Positions 9,499 to 20,142 of a stretch of 64,000 nt of DNA are shown here, piece by piece (position 1 is the first letter of the stretch; each line of letters begins with the position of its first letter). The stretch is from contig MHHQ01000005.1 of the NCBI GenBank assembly GCA_001817065.1, forward strand, positions 18,651-82,650, read 5' to 3'. Origin of the DNA: Candidatus Andersenbacteria bacterium RIFCSPHIGHO2_02_FULL_46_16. GTDB lineage: Bacteria; Patescibacteriota; Andersenbacteria; UBA10190. A program made the translations under genes and the position numbers. Below the pieces are notes generated by a model that was not told where the DNA came from, searched no databases, and saw nothing but the letters and a program-made list of their open reading frames with translations.

Positions 9499-9870
9499 TC
9501 AGATATTTTGATTAGGAAAATGCAGCATCGCCTTTTTTAAATATGCCCAATTGCACAAAAAGGGGAGTAATAAGGTTAGGCTATTTATAACAAGTTGTAC
9601 GTAGAGTGGAGTCCTGAAAGTATCAGGAATTTTTGAAGAAGCCGTTGGCAGTGCCGTAATTACCGCTAGGATGCTTAGAGGAAAGACAACGAACCAGAAC
9701 AATCTACGCGGAATCCTTCCTGCCAAAATGATTGATCCTATGATTAAATAAATAACTCCGACCAACGCGTGAACAATAAAACCAAACTGGCTTATAAGAG
9801 CCAATATAGATAGAAGAAAGAAAAGAAAGATATCGAACATCCCCAGAAGGTAGCGCCACAGTGGATTCAT
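9499..9870 (-). CDS. Hypothetical membrane protein (~4 TM)
   Basis: 123-aa highly hydrophobic ORF downstream of tRNA-Gly. Confidence 0.6.
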   Translation of the reverse strand: MNPLWRYLLGMFDIFLFFLLSILALISQFGFIVHALVGVIYLIIGSIILAGRIPRRLFWFVVFPLSILAVITALPTASSKIPDTFRTPLYVQLVINSLTLLLPFLCNWAYLKKAMLHFPNQNI

Positions 9871-9985
9871 GACACAATTGTACTACATAAAATAAAACAT
9901 TTTTCCGGAGGAAATACAAACCAGCACAACAATGTATCTCTGCTTCCTTCGCCGTAGTTAATCCTCCTGTCTGACCTCACTTAAA

Positions 9986-10008
9986 TTCAATTCTGGTATC
10001 CCGCTCCA
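9986..10008 (+). repeat. Degenerate copy of the tRNA-Gly 3' end (att-like scar)
   Basis: ttcaattctggtatcccgctcca vs 9431-9453 ttcgactcccgttacccgctcca: 17/23 identical, ungapped, last 9 nt exact. Confidence 0.55.
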
Positions 10009-10248
10009 TTCTACACCCTCAGACGAAGAATGGCTCTGCATAGCTTTAGAGCGAAGCATGGGCTGTTCACAAACTTGCGTTCGTTTAACTATGACGGGCT
10101 ACGAAGGGCAAGCCACTTCTTCGGAGCTACGAAGGGCAAGTAATTTCACCCAGCCAAAGGCGGTAGCAGATGGAGCGAGGCTCGATCAGCAGGTCGAGGT
10201 TCCCCCCGAAGTGCGATTTGCCCTGGGCGGCCCGCTCACGTAATAAAC

Positions 10249-10271
10249 AACCCTGACGAAAGTCCAGGGTT
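10249..10271 (-). terminator. Hairpin terminator after the 311-aa gene
   Basis: aaccctg-acgaaagtc-cagggtt adjacent to the stop at 10274. Confidence 0.5.
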
Positions 10272-10273
10272 AT

Positions 10274-11209
10274 TTATTGTATACTCTTTTCCAATTGTTC
10301 AAGCTTTTTGCGTAAATTAGTGTTCACGGCAATATAGCCTCGTTTCTTTTTTTCCTTCTTAGTTTCCAAAACTTTTTCTGCATCAGTGAGACAATTTTTA
10401 AACCAATCAATCTTTTGTTTTACAAGTTCGAGCGCGTTTATATTTTTAGCGCATTCTCTTAAAGTTTCCAAAAATCTACCCATAACTTCTTCGTAACCCT
10501 CGACTGAATGTGTTTCTGGTGATGGTGTGCGGCCATAATATTCGTCGGTGACATGATACTCCCAATCAAATTCTAAATTTTCAAGACGTAAGTACTCTCT
10601 TAGATATTTCCCCTGTATAGCTTCGGAATAGGCTGCGAAGGCTTCGGCATCCACTTGTAATTGATGGTTTCCCGTTGCTTGGGAAAATTTTTCCAATTCT
10701 TCGGCCATTGTTTTTATGACGGGGATTACCCCTAAAAAATCATCGTCGGATTCATGCACTTTATAAAAACGTTGTATCTGGAGACGTATCATATTTGCAA
10801 CGTCTGATAATCCTTCTATCCTGTTTTTATCTAGTGCAGAATCCTCAAATCCCTTTAACAACCCAATGAATTTTTCACTGTCTACTATATTAAGAATTAT
10901 GTGCTTGCTGGTATCTTTCTCCCTTTCTTCCTCTGGTAGGGGCACAAATAGAGTTTCCCTTAAATCGAGTTCTAATCCAGTCTTTGCCAGAAAATCAGTA
11001 TATTTTTCAGAAAGTGCTTCCATTTTTTTACTCACTGAGCTAAGAGCCTCAAAATCGTCATTACCATTCTCTCCTATCCGTTCCCATACATTAGCGTTGT
11101 CGTTCGCATTTTCAATATCGATAATGAAATCAGACAGTTGATCTTGAGGGAGGTTAACTTCATTTTCCTCGGGATTTCCGTAGTTAGATGGATTGAATCT
11201 TTCTCGCAT
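10274..11209 (-). CDS. Hypothetical acidic helical protein, AT-rich
   Basis: 311-aa ORF, lower GC than the flanking core genes; no recognised motif. Confidence 0.7.
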   Translation of the reverse strand: MRERFNPSNYGNPEENEVNLPQDQLSDFIIDIENANDNANVWERIGENGNDDFEALSSVSKKMEALSEKYTDFLAKTGLELDLRETLFVPLPEEEREKDTSKHIILNIVDSEKFIGLLKGFEDSALDKNRIEGLSDVANMIRLQIQRFYKVHESDDDFLGVIPVIKTMAEELEKFSQATGNHQLQVDAEAFAAYSEAIQGKYLREYLRLENLEFDWEYHVTDEYYGRTPSPETHSVEGYEEVMGRFLETLRECAKNINALELVKQKIDWFKNCLTDAEKVLETKKEKKKRGYIAVNTNLRKKLEQLEKSIQ

Positions 11210-11502
11210 TTTTTAACATTATTACAGACACGTTGGGAAATCAAAGTAAACCATTGGGAACAATATTTCCTCTATTTGCTAAAATCAGGCACAAAGAAAG
11301 TCGCCTGCATATTCATAACCGCAGTTCGGACGTCACTTAAGAAGGAGCTCCCTTTTTCGTTCCTCGCTACGCGCGGAGCTTCGAAGAGCAAGCCAATCTT
11401 TAGGTGCAGTAGTTTATCTTCTGTTAAGTTTTAGCGAAGAAATTTTTAGTGGAGAAAAAGTGGCTAGATTAATGTTGCGCAGTCTATTACCTGGTCCTAT
11501 AA

Positions 11503-11844
11503 TTGACGCGTATGAAGCGAAGTAAAACAACGAAAAAACGAGACGAGTACACGGTTGTATTGGAAGATATAAGGGATAACTTCCGTGCTTTTGGCGAAGC
11601 CTTGCAATTAGTAATTGATAAGGTGCAACAAATTGAAGCATTGCAACAAGGAACCGAAAACAAACTGCAGAAAATTGAAGCGTCACAACATGGAACAGAA
11701 ACCAGGCTGGAAAAAATTGAGACGAGCGTTGATGTCATTAAAACAGAAGTGCGTCTGATCCGCCGTGATCAAGTCAGCCGGGATGAATTTGATTTACTAG
11801 AAAAACGGGTGTCGCGAATTGAGAAGAGGATGAGTGTACGGTAG
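11503..11844 (+). CDS. Hypothetical coiled-coil protein
   Basis: 113 aa; repeated KLQKIEA/RLEKIET heptads, C-terminal RDEFDLLEKRVSRIE. Confidence 0.7.
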   Translation: MTRMKRSKTTKKRDEYTVVLEDIRDNFRAFGEALQLVIDKVQQIEALQQGTENKLQKIEASQHGTETRLEKIETSVDVIKTEVRLIRRDQVSRDEFDLLEKRVSRIEKRMSVR

Positions 11845-12045
11845 TTTTCATGCCAGAGAATTTTGAGAGAATACGTAACTATAGTCTAACTTATACTGAC
11901 TTGGAGGACAGGGTTGAAGCGATTGGGAGGAAGTCGGAAAAACTACAAAAGTGGTAAAAATATTAAAAAGTGATGCTAATGGTTTATTATTGCGGTTGAG
12001 CAATAAGCTGGTTAATTAATTAAGCTGTGAATTACGAAACTAAAC

Positions 12046-12640
12046 CTACCCGTATTTTCCAGCCACGACTAAAACCATGCTGCTGATCCACGATCTCGGC
12101 AAAACTTTCTTCTGTCCCCTCAAGAGCAACCGCCTGGTTGACGATAGTGGCGGCATTAGACCATACAACAACGTCAGTGAGCTCAAGTGGTCAGAACATG
12201 AGCTTGAACATGGCAAGTTGGTCAAAGTCAAAGGTTTTCCCGGCTCTTTCAAGCTGATGCTGTTCCGCATCATGGTCTCTACCAACCGGACGGAATACAT
12301 CGTTACCAACAACCTAACTCAAAACTCCCTGGCTGATGCTCAACAAGCGAGCGCCACCAGGTGGAAGATTGAGCAGCTTCATCGCGAGGAGAAACAGCTG
12401 ACCGGTATTGAAAAGTGTCAGGCCAGAATTAACCGCTCTCAGCGTAATCATATTTGCCTGGCAATGTTGGCTTGGAGCGTGCTCACCCAAGCCGCCCACG
12501 CTGCCGGCAAAACCATCTACCAGCAGAAATTGTCGCCGTTGCAACGATTCGTGGTCAATCAGTGGCGGAATCCGGCGACAACATTTGTGTTGTAACGGGA
12601 TTCTACAACTGAATATGTGGAGTGGTATGCGAAAGTCCTA
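12046..12640 (+). mobile_element. IS701-family transposase remnant (3' half plus right end)
   Basis: ORF 12077-12595 with CPLKSNRLVD, RTEYIVTN, RWKIEQLHREEKQLTGIEKCQAR..RSQRNHI; end motif tgcgaaagtccta at 12628-12640; N-terminal half missing. Confidence 0.85.
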
Positions 12641-12884
12641 CTGGAAATAAGTCCGAACCCTGTCCACGAAGGAGCTCAATATATGAAGGAAGAAAGGTAT
12701 CCATTTTCTCATCGTTCGCTAATGCTAGCTGCTCCTATCCCACAAAGTGACTTCAGTTGGCGGGCAACTTTTATAAGTTTGGTTTGTTCGAATGATCATT
12801 TTGACTTGTCCGTGATTTTACTTTTTTTGTGCACAGAAGACAATTTTTTATGCTATCATTAGCAACAAAGGAATTAATTGATTA

Positions 12885-14516
12885 TTGATGATGCAGGATT
12901 TGATGAAGTGGGGGACAACTAATAATAAAAACCAGAGGTTCTTTAGGTTGGTTTGGGTGATTCTAGGAGCAGTGATGCTTTATGAGGTCTTTATTTATTC
13001 GGGTTTGGGATATTATCAATATCCTTATGTTCGCAGTGTGCCCCTGTGGTTAATGAAGCACGTATTGATCGTGGCGGGGGTAATCGGCTGGCTAGTACTG
13101 GTGGCGAAGGTGAATGTGGCGACAAGCGGCCGACGTTTAAGGAAGATACTGGCTAGCATTTTACTATTTATTGTAGGTGGAGCGATTTTTGCGTGGGTGG
13201 TTGAGATCGGTAAACCGGCTGGAGGATTTTTCTATAGTCCGCTTGATGAATCGTATACAGCGCCTTTTGCGTTTGTTTTGCTCTACATGCCGGTTGTACT
13301 AGTTTTTTTAACCGGCTTGCGGTTAATTACTAAGAAGGCTTCTGACAAAACGCTGACATTACTAGCAATTTTAGGCGGGATCGTCGCGGCAACATTGATC
13401 GCGCACGTCCTTTTCACCCAATGGATCTTGTCTGACATACCCCTAGACAAAGAATTTCTACGCGGTAAAGAAACGAGGGTAATTGGTAAGGGCTGGAAGG
13501 AAGCACCCGAGCAGTATGGCACACGCCTTTCCCCGCGGTTTGTTAGAACCGAACAGTTTCCCCAAGGTGACCGAGAGATAGAGTCCCTTCATCGAGCAGC
13601 GGAAAAATTGACAATTGATCAGTGGGGTGCGGTTTGCCAAAAAGTAAAGTGGGCGTCGTTAGGCCAAGGAATTTTGGGCAGCAAAGCAGCGAGTTCTTGC
13701 TGGTATGTCGGAGCAATAATCTATGAGGAACCTTTGTTTTGTGAAAAAACCACCGAGATGGTGGATGTTTGCCGGGCTGACTTGGCGTTACTGCTTGGGG
13801 ATATTGCCGTGTGTAAGGGAGAGAAGGATTGTATGGGCAGAAATCCTGGTCTATTGAACCAAGAAGGCATGTCGTGCGAAAGCCTAATAACAGAAGAAGA
13901 TAAGCAGGTGCCATTTTACACGGCGCTTGGTTTAACACCTTATGCGGAATGCCAACGTCGCACGCTGCAGGAGCAGCAGAAAACAATGACGTGGAGTGAA
14001 AATACATATAGGCTGGCGATGACAAAGCTAATTATTAATGAGTGGTATGCGGATACAGATAATCCCGACCAGTCATACGTTGAATTAAAAAACATCAGCA
14101 ACAACACGATAGTGTTAAAAGATGTGGAGATTAATCGAATACCCCTGCCCGCGATGACGATGGCCCCAAATGAGATTGTTGTATTTTACGGCAGTGATCT
14201 GCGAAAACTAACTGTTGACTTGAGCCGTTTATTTCTGCCGATAGCTAATGAAATGAAACCATTATTAAGTCGCGAATTAGATCTATCAATTTTTGGAGGG
14301 CAAGGTTCTTATACTGATGTACCGGCCAACATGTCTACAGGGGCGGTAAATTTGCAGCCGTTAAGGGAAGGAAAGTATTACGATCACTGGCAAGAAGTGT
14401 ACCAGCTAATGCCACCCACACCGGGGGAGGAGAATAATGTGATAAAGGCAATACCGCCGAGTCCAAGACCTAAGTCTACCCCCGGCGGCGTGGATATTCT
14501 TTTCCAGGGTATATAA
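12885..14516 (+). CDS. Multi-pass membrane protein with a Cys-rich middle and C-terminal lamin-tail-like domain
   Basis: Several N-terminal TMs; LIINEWYAD…SYVELKN…PTPGEEN. Confidence 0.7.
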   Translation: MMMQDLMKWGTTNNKNQRFFRLVWVILGAVMLYEVFIYSGLGYYQYPYVRSVPLWLMKHVLIVAGVIGWLVLVAKVNVATSGRRLRKILASILLFIVGGAIFAWVVEIGKPAGGFFYSPLDESYTAPFAFVLLYMPVVLVFLTGLRLITKKASDKTLTLLAILGGIVAATLIAHVLFTQWILSDIPLDKEFLRGKETRVIGKGWKEAPEQYGTRLSPRFVRTEQFPQGDREIESLHRAAEKLTIDQWGAVCQKVKWASLGQGILGSKAASSCWYVGAIIYEEPLFCEKTTEMVDVCRADLALLLGDIAVCKGEKDCMGRNPGLLNQEGMSCESLITEEDKQVPFYTALGLTPYAECQRRTLQEQQKTMTWSENTYRLAMTKLIINEWYADTDNPDQSYVELKNISNNTIVLKDVEINRIPLPAMTMAPNEIVVFYGSDLRKLTVDLSRLFLPIANEMKPLLSRELDLSIFGGQGSYTDVPANMSTGAVNLQPLREGKYYDHWQEVYQLMPPTPGEENNVIKAIPPSPRPKSTPGGVDILFQGI

Positions 14517-14682
14517 AAAAGATACCGAAATTGACGCTGATATCGATCGAAGGGAATATCTTGGTGAGGATAACTGCAATCCCTGAGGTTTATAGGATCG
14601 GGTGCCGGAGAGGGTGAACGAAAAAGAAGCCACTGCGCAGTCACCCATGATGAAGCTCTAAACCCGTCCTAGCGATGCTGTT

Positions 14683-15144
14683 CTAGAAGGCTTGAGTAGT
14701 TAACAATTCTTGTTTAGTTATGCCCAATTTCGCGATTAGCTCTTGCATGCAAACTAATTTCTGGCGATGGATTTCTTCTCTTTTTAAACATGCTTGATAA
14801 ACACTCTCGGGACCAAAGTCACAGCTGCCCGACACAATCTCGGGCATGAGCTGCTGCTCGACCAATTCTTCATACAAAGTCACAAGCTCCGCGGGATCAG
14901 ACCTTTTTATTTGACGGAGTTCGGTTTGGCAGGCACTGCTGAGCTGTCCCGGTACAGGTTCTTGTGTTTCCTCAATAACGCCTTCACCCATGATCGGCTG
15001 CGGGGCGGCAAGCCTTTGAGAACGAATCAATACTAGCACCAGCACTAACAATGCCAGAGTGATAATGATTAAGGCCAGCAATAGAGGAGACTTTTGACTT
15101 GGGTTCTTCATGGATGGGAATATATTAATCATAACACTTGGCAA
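14683..15144 (-). CDS. Hypothetical single-TM protein
   Basis: 153-aa ORF with N-terminal hydrophobic helix and 4 Cys. Confidence 0.6.
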   Translation of the reverse strand: MPSVMINIFPSMKNPSQKSPLLLALIIITLALLVLVLVLIRSQRLAAPQPIMGEGVIEETQEPVPGQLSSACQTELRQIKRSDPAELVTLYEELVEQQLMPEIVSGSCDFGPESVYQACLKREEIHRQKLVCMQELIAKLGITKQELLTTQAF

Positions 15145-15226
15145 TAAAAAGTTAAAAAGTACATAATCGGAGGATTACCCAGGTTAGCCAGGAAGAGCGT
15201 GTGATGGACACAGGGTTAGGTATATT

Positions 15227-16249
15227 ATGGAAATAAGGTTAAATTTTAAATCTTTGTATATGGTAAATTGGCAACAAAATAAAAAAATCATTATTACGGG
15301 GATAATACTGGTAATAGCGGTAGGGTGGTATTTATATAAAACAAGTAACCCGCCGGTAATTCCGTTTATGCAGTCCCAAAGCTTCCAGGAAGACATGGTG
15401 GGCAGCGCAGAGGTGCCAGCTGTCGCCAGGAAGGGAAGTGCGGCTATGCCGGGGGCAGCGGGTAATAGTTTGACAGCACCACTGGCATATGATGCCGCTG
15501 GTGTCCCGGAGAGTTTGAGTGAGGTACCGACGGCCGATGCCCGGAAAGTCGTGCAATCCGGTACGCTTGATCTAGTGGTTAATAAGGCAGAGGAGGCGGC
15601 TACGCAAGCACAAGCGCTGGCCCAGCAGGCGGGCGGTTTCGTGGAGAGTTTGCAGATTTATGAAGTGGTAGATGGCCAAAAGAGCGGGTCGGTCATTATC
15701 CGAGTGCCGGCAAATAAATTCCGGGAAACGATGGATAGCCTGAAAGCTTTGGCGATCAATACCGAGAATGAAGTAGTAAATACACAGGACGTGACAGCAC
15801 AATACGTGGATATTGAAGCCCGCTTAAAGAATATGCGAGCAGAAGAAGTGCAGTACTTGAGTATCATGGAAAGGGCAGTGAAGATTGAAGACGTTTTGAA
15901 TGTTACGCAACGACTAAGCGACGTGAGGGGTAGAATTGAACAACTAGAAGCTCAGCTGAAGTTATTAAAGGCTGAGGTGGAGATGTCATCAATAGTGGTC
16001 AATCTGACAGCCGAAGGGGACATTGAAGTGTTTGGGATACACTGGCGGCCGTTGGTGGTAATACGTCAGGCATTTAGAGACATGCTGAAGTCCTTAGCTG
16101 CGTACGCCGACCAAATTATAAAGTTCGTGTTTGCCTTACCGGTAATATTATTATGGATCGCCACCTGGGGAGTTGGTCTGCTGATAGCATGGAAGGTGGG
16201 AAACAGGATTAAACAGCGCTGGTTTGATAAGGATACGAATATTCATTAG
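15227..16249 (+). CDS. DUF4349-domain protein
   Basis: RKVVQSGTLDLVV…GGFVES…IRVPA…QDVTAQYVDIEARL…RGRIEQLEAQLK, C-terminal TM. Confidence 0.85.
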   Translation: MEIRLNFKSLYMVNWQQNKKIIITGIILVIAVGWYLYKTSNPPVIPFMQSQSFQEDMVGSAEVPAVARKGSAAMPGAAGNSLTAPLAYDAAGVPESLSEVPTADARKVVQSGTLDLVVNKAEEAATQAQALAQQAGGFVESLQIYEVVDGQKSGSVIIRVPANKFRETMDSLKALAINTENEVVNTQDVTAQYVDIEARLKNMRAEEVQYLSIMERAVKIEDVLNVTQRLSDVRGRIEQLEAQLKLLKAEVEMSSIVVNLTAEGDIEVFGIHWRPLVVIRQAFRDMLKSLAAYADQIIKFVFALPVILLWIATWGVGLLIAWKVGNRIKQRWFDKDTNIH

Positions 16250-16313
16250 TCGACAGCGGGGCTACTAAAGAAGAAAAAAGCCCGGCATTGATAATAGCAG
16301 GGCTTGGTTAAAA

Positions 16314-16985
16314 TCAGTAAGGATTGTGAGGGTTTTGCATGTTGTAGGGAATAGTGGTGCGTTCGCCACGAAAATTAATCATTAGATGAGGCGATTCCCG
16401 TTGACGCAGAGCGACTATGTAAATTGGCTCAGCACATTTTACAGGGTCAGTAACAGAAAAGTCGCAAGAGAATGGGCGATCGATCAGATGGCAAAGGGTT
16501 TCCACGTGGGAGACTAATACATAGCAAATCGGCTGCGCTGAGTTGATGTGCCGGTTCATCAATGCCGTAAGGAGCTGAAAGATACGTGCTCGAACATGCG
16601 CGCGTGTCTCAAAGATTTCAGGATCATCAAATTCCGCTGCCTTCCAGTAAGCTTTTTCAATAGCCAAGGGGTCAGTGAGTGAACGATACCCAGCGAAAAT
16701 GCGTTGAGCGCGCTCTGGCTGATACTGCTGGACTGCAGCTAAGGCCGGTTCTTCTCCCAGTTTTGTTCCCATTAAAAAGGTATTTATGTATTGTCCTGAC
16801 CCGACGGCTCGTACTTTAGGAGAGGTGTACAAATGGATGGGATACCCGGCAGAAAAATTTTGGATAGGATATGAGCTGCGATAGAGAGCGGCCTTGCCTT
16901 GAAAAGTGATGTCAGGCGGTATGTCAGTATATTCGGTATGACCGTGACGCAGGAAAACAGCGCGGAACAATTCTTGGTCTGGCAT
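16314..16985 (-). CDS. Histidine phosphatase superfamily protein
   Basis: FLRHGHT, TSPKVRA and VLVSH motifs. Confidence 0.75.
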   Translation of the reverse strand: MPDQELFRAVFLRHGHTEYTDIPPDITFQGKAALYRSSYPIQNFSAGYPIHLYTSPKVRAVGSGQYINTFLMGTKLGEEPALAAVQQYQPERAQRIFAGYRSLTDPLAIEKAYWKAAEFDDPEIFETRAHVRARIFQLLTALMNRHINSAQPICYVLVSHVETLCHLIDRPFSCDFSVTDPVKCAEPIYIVALRQRESPHLMINFRGERTTIPYNMQNPHNPY

Positions 16986-17165
16986 GGTAGGCCTTTCTCG
17001 AATAAGAGGTGGATTGGTAAGGTACTGAACAGAAAAGAGTACAGTGTTTTTAGCACGAAGTCAATAATAAATGGCGGAGTGTTTAGGCGGAGCTGAGAGG
17101 TGATGAGAGGGGAGACTAGATGGGCAGGTAAACAAATTTCGGGCAGACCGTGATATAATTAAGTT

Positions 17166-17579
17166 ATGAAATACGGACGATACGGATGGCCCTATTTGTT
17201 TTTACGAGTAGGGTTAGGGTTAACTTTCTTATTTATCGGGGTTGATATTTTGCGTCATCCGACGGTGTGGATTGGTTATGTGCCGCGCGAGACAATGCTT
17301 GGGTTGGACAGCGAAACAATGTTACGAATCGGCGGATTTTTTGATATGATCGTTGGAACTCTATTAATAATAAAGGCTTGGCCTAGAGTAGCCGGTGCGT
17401 TGGCAACGCTTCATTTAATAGGGATATTTTCTTTGAATGGGATTGATGGTGTGCTGGCTAGGAATATTGGATTATTGGGGGCGGCTATAGCAGTACTGGT
17501 GTGGCCGAATAGTTATCGCCGTAGGCGATGGTGGTGGAGTAAGCGCAGGAGATGGCGAGGGACGGAAGATGAGGTTTAA
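17166..17579 (+). CDS. DoxX-like membrane protein
   Basis: LRVGLGLTFLFIG…ARNIGLLG; basic Arg/Trp-rich tail. Confidence 0.7.
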   Translation: MKYGRYGWPYLFLRVGLGLTFLFIGVDILRHPTVWIGYVPRETMLGLDSETMLRIGGFFDMIVGTLLIIKAWPRVAGALATLHLIGIFSLNGIDGVLARNIGLLGAAIAVLVWPNSYRRRRWWWSKRRRWRGTEDEV

Positions 17580-17665
17580 TTGGAGTGATAGAGGTAGCCT
17601 AACAACTAGCGCAGGACACAAACAAAGCCAAAAATGCATTAACTGCAACGGCCGAAATAAAAATT

Positions 17666-17689
17666 AAAACAGCCCCTCGGGGCTGTTTT
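17666..17689. terminator. Bidirectional intrinsic terminator between convergent genes
   Basis: aaaacagcccc-tc-ggggctgtttt. Confidence 0.8.
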
Positions 17690-18840
17690 TAGTACATGCT
17701 GAGAGGGTTAATGGGACGGCCCTGCTGACGAACTTCGAAGTGAAGATGAGGACCAGTCGATCGGCCGGTTGATCCAACCTTAGCGATAGTTTGACCTTGG
17801 TTGACGGACGCACCTTTAGAAACATAGATAGCTGAATTGTGAGCGTAGTAAGTGACTAATCCGCCACCATGGTTAATAATTACGAGGTTGCCATAACCGC
17901 CCAAGAAGCCAGTGAACTCAACCGTACCGGCGGCAGCGGCATAAATGGGCGGCAGTGATCGGTTGTCGATATCGATGCCAGTATGTCCCCAACGGAAATA
18001 CTGGGAAATGTGCTTGGAAGAGGTAGGCCAGATGAATCCAGCAGAGGTGTCGCTGGAAGCGGGAGGTACAGGACCATCAGCCACATGCGTCTCGTCGGCG
18101 ACGATACGAGGCGCAGAACGAGGAGCGATATAGCCGTCAGGGACGATTAGTTTTTGACCAACTGATAATTTACTAGTATCAGAGAGATCGTTGTATTGCG
18201 CGACATCTTTGGCATCCACATCATACTTATCGGCGATAGCCAGGAGCGTGTCACCAGAGTTAACAGTATGCAGGACGCCGGTTGTAGGTAAGATCGTCAG
18301 GTGGTCGCCGACATTAATAGTGTCTGAGCTAGACAATCCGTTAGCCCAGAGAATAGTGTTAGTACTGACATTGAATTGAGCAGCTATGCCAGCGATAGTG
18401 TCGCCAGGTTGGATGGTATAAATCTGTGATTTCTTGATGGCAACGGAGGTAGGCGGTGCTTCACTAGCCGGTTCTGGTACCACTGGATTTAATGGGGCAA
18501 CTAAAACATTGCCGCCCAGAGTTTGGGAAAAAGTAACTTCCGGATCCTCACCGGTGATTAGATCAATGCCCGTATTAACATCTAAAGCTGCTAATCTAGC
18601 CCCCCCAATGCCGGGAGAGTCAGTACTGGCATAAGCAGAGGGATCAAGAGGTCCTTCGATGACTTCTTCGCCAGCGATGACGTTATATAACAAAGAGTTG
18701 CGGTCTGTAACCGCAGCCTGATTACTGTGCCACGCTGCGCCAATGATAAGCGCGAGAAACGACGCGTGGATGATATATTTCTTAATAAGAGGAACTGAGT
18801 CCTGGCCGCTCGATAGGGTTGGAGGCGGTTCCTCCGACAC
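17689..18840 (-). CDS. 2x LysM + M23 family peptidase
   Basis: YTIQPGDTIAGIA, HTVNSGDTLLAIA; HTGIDI, YAH, STGPHLHFEV. Confidence 0.95.
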   Translation of the reverse strand: MSEEPPPTLSSGQDSVPLIKKYIIHASFLALIIGAAWHSNQAAVTDRNSLLYNVIAGEEVIEGPLDPSAYASTDSPGIGGARLAALDVNTGIDLITGEDPEVTFSQTLGGNVLVAPLNPVVPEPASEAPPTSVAIKKSQIYTIQPGDTIAGIAAQFNVSTNTILWANGLSSSDTINVGDHLTILPTTGVLHTVNSGDTLLAIADKYDVDAKDVAQYNDLSDTSKLSVGQKLIVPDGYIAPRSAPRIVADETHVADGPVPPASSDTSAGFIWPTSSKHISQYFRWGHTGIDIDNRSLPPIYAAAAGTVEFTGFLGGYGNLVIINHGGGLVTYYAHNSAIYVSKGASVNQGQTIAKVGSTGRSTGPHLHFEVRQQGRPINPLSMY

Positions 18841-19224
18841 CTCTGTGAGGGACAGGTTAGATGGGGCGGGAGAAGATGTCTGGTCCCTAGTTCTCTTTGA
18901 TTGTTGATGATTTAAAATGCCGGTTGCTTAAAAAGCCAAATTGTATGTCCGGCGTGTTTGTTTTACTACCCTGCTAGCAGGGATAAGATGGTATTGTAGT
19001 TAGAGTAATGCATGAGTCAACATTGACATTGTTAAATTAATATCATGTTATATACAGAGTAGCAGCAGTATGCCCCGGGAGTTGCTTGAACGGGCAAAGT
19101 GTCAGATTTTTTTGACATTCGTTCGTGTGGATAAATAGAAGAGAAGAGAGTGCGAAAGGTTAAGAAATAAGCAAATCATCAGAATAAATTTCACTTATAT
19201 GATTAGATTAGAATAAAGAAATAT

Positions 19225-20079
19225 ATGAACATCTACGGTAATTTAACCGATATCAACTATTTAAAAAGCCGTTTAAAGCGAGCCGGTATTAAACCGCAAC
19301 GATCTGCCGGACAAAACTTCTTAATTTGCCCGGAGGTAGTGGAGGCGACGGTGATGGCAATAACAGGCGGACCCAAAAAGATTACAGAATTAGGAGCTGG
19401 CGTGGGGACTTTGACCGTCGCCTTGTTAGCAGCTGGCTTTGCAGTGAAGGCAATTGAAAGAGAGCAACAATTGGCTAAGGCAATAACAAAAGAAGTTCCT
19501 AGCCCAGGCCGGGCTAATTTAAAATTAGAGACAGGTGATTTGCGAAAGGTTGATTGGCGCTGGAGTGAGGACGGATCAATAGAGCAAAAATTTCAATTGG
19601 TGGGAAACATTCCATATAATTTATCCGGCTTGATAATTCGTCGTCTCGTGCAATTGGAGCCACAACCGGAAAGGGTGGTGTTAATGGTGCAGTGGGAAGT
19701 AGGGGAGCGCATCGTTGCCCAACCGCCCAAGATGGGACTGCTTGGTTTAGCAGTTAGTTTATGGGGTAAGTCGGATATTATTGTTAGGGTTCCAGCGGAT
19801 TGCTTCTGGCCTAAACCTAAAGTAGGGTCGTGCTTGATCATGCTATCTCCACATGGGGAGAGTAGGATAAAGACAGAGGAAAGAGAAAAGGTTATGGCAG
19901 TAGCTAAACCGTTTTTCATGGCTAAGCGGAAACAAATGGCTGGAGTATTAAAACAGAACTATAAACTGATGACTCGAGAGGAGGCAGAAATGACGCTTAA
20001 AAAAGCAAATATAAAAGGAACACAGAGACCGCAGGAAGTTGCTGTAGAGCAATGGCGAGCATTGGCGAGTGTGTTATGA
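19225..20079 (+). CDS. rsmA: 16S rRNA (adenine-N6,N6)-dimethyltransferase
   Basis: GQNFLI, ELGAGVGTLT, VGNIPYNLS, MVQWEV, FWPKPKVGS. Confidence 0.92.
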   Translation: MNIYGNLTDINYLKSRLKRAGIKPQRSAGQNFLICPEVVEATVMAITGGPKKITELGAGVGTLTVALLAAGFAVKAIEREQQLAKAITKEVPSPGRANLKLETGDLRKVDWRWSEDGSIEQKFQLVGNIPYNLSGLIIRRLVQLEPQPERVVLMVQWEVGERIVAQPPKMGLLGLAVSLWGKSDIIVRVPADCFWPKPKVGSCLIMLSPHGESRIKTEEREKVMAVAKPFFMAKRKQMAGVLKQNYKLMTREEAEMTLKKANIKGTQRPQEVAVEQWRALASVL

Positions 20080-20142
20080 TTAGGAAGTAACAATATGATC
20101 GTTAAATTGTTTTAAGAACACTGGGGTGATGACGGACTAAAT

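Noticed and set aside
10245..10275. Hammerhead ribozyme (ctgacga…)
   Set aside because: No stem II followed by GAAA and no cleavage triplet; a simple terminator hairpin explains it.
14517..14680. Cobalamin riboswitch (agggaa…ggtg…gccactg)
   Set aside because: The downstream GGGAAG and AGYCAGRAGACC elements are missing, and the site lies between convergent genes.
18841..18960. c-di-AMP riboswitch upstream of the LysM/M23 gene
   Set aside because: Conserved GCTGAATCC and CCCGTCAGCTAAC motifs were not found on the minus strand.
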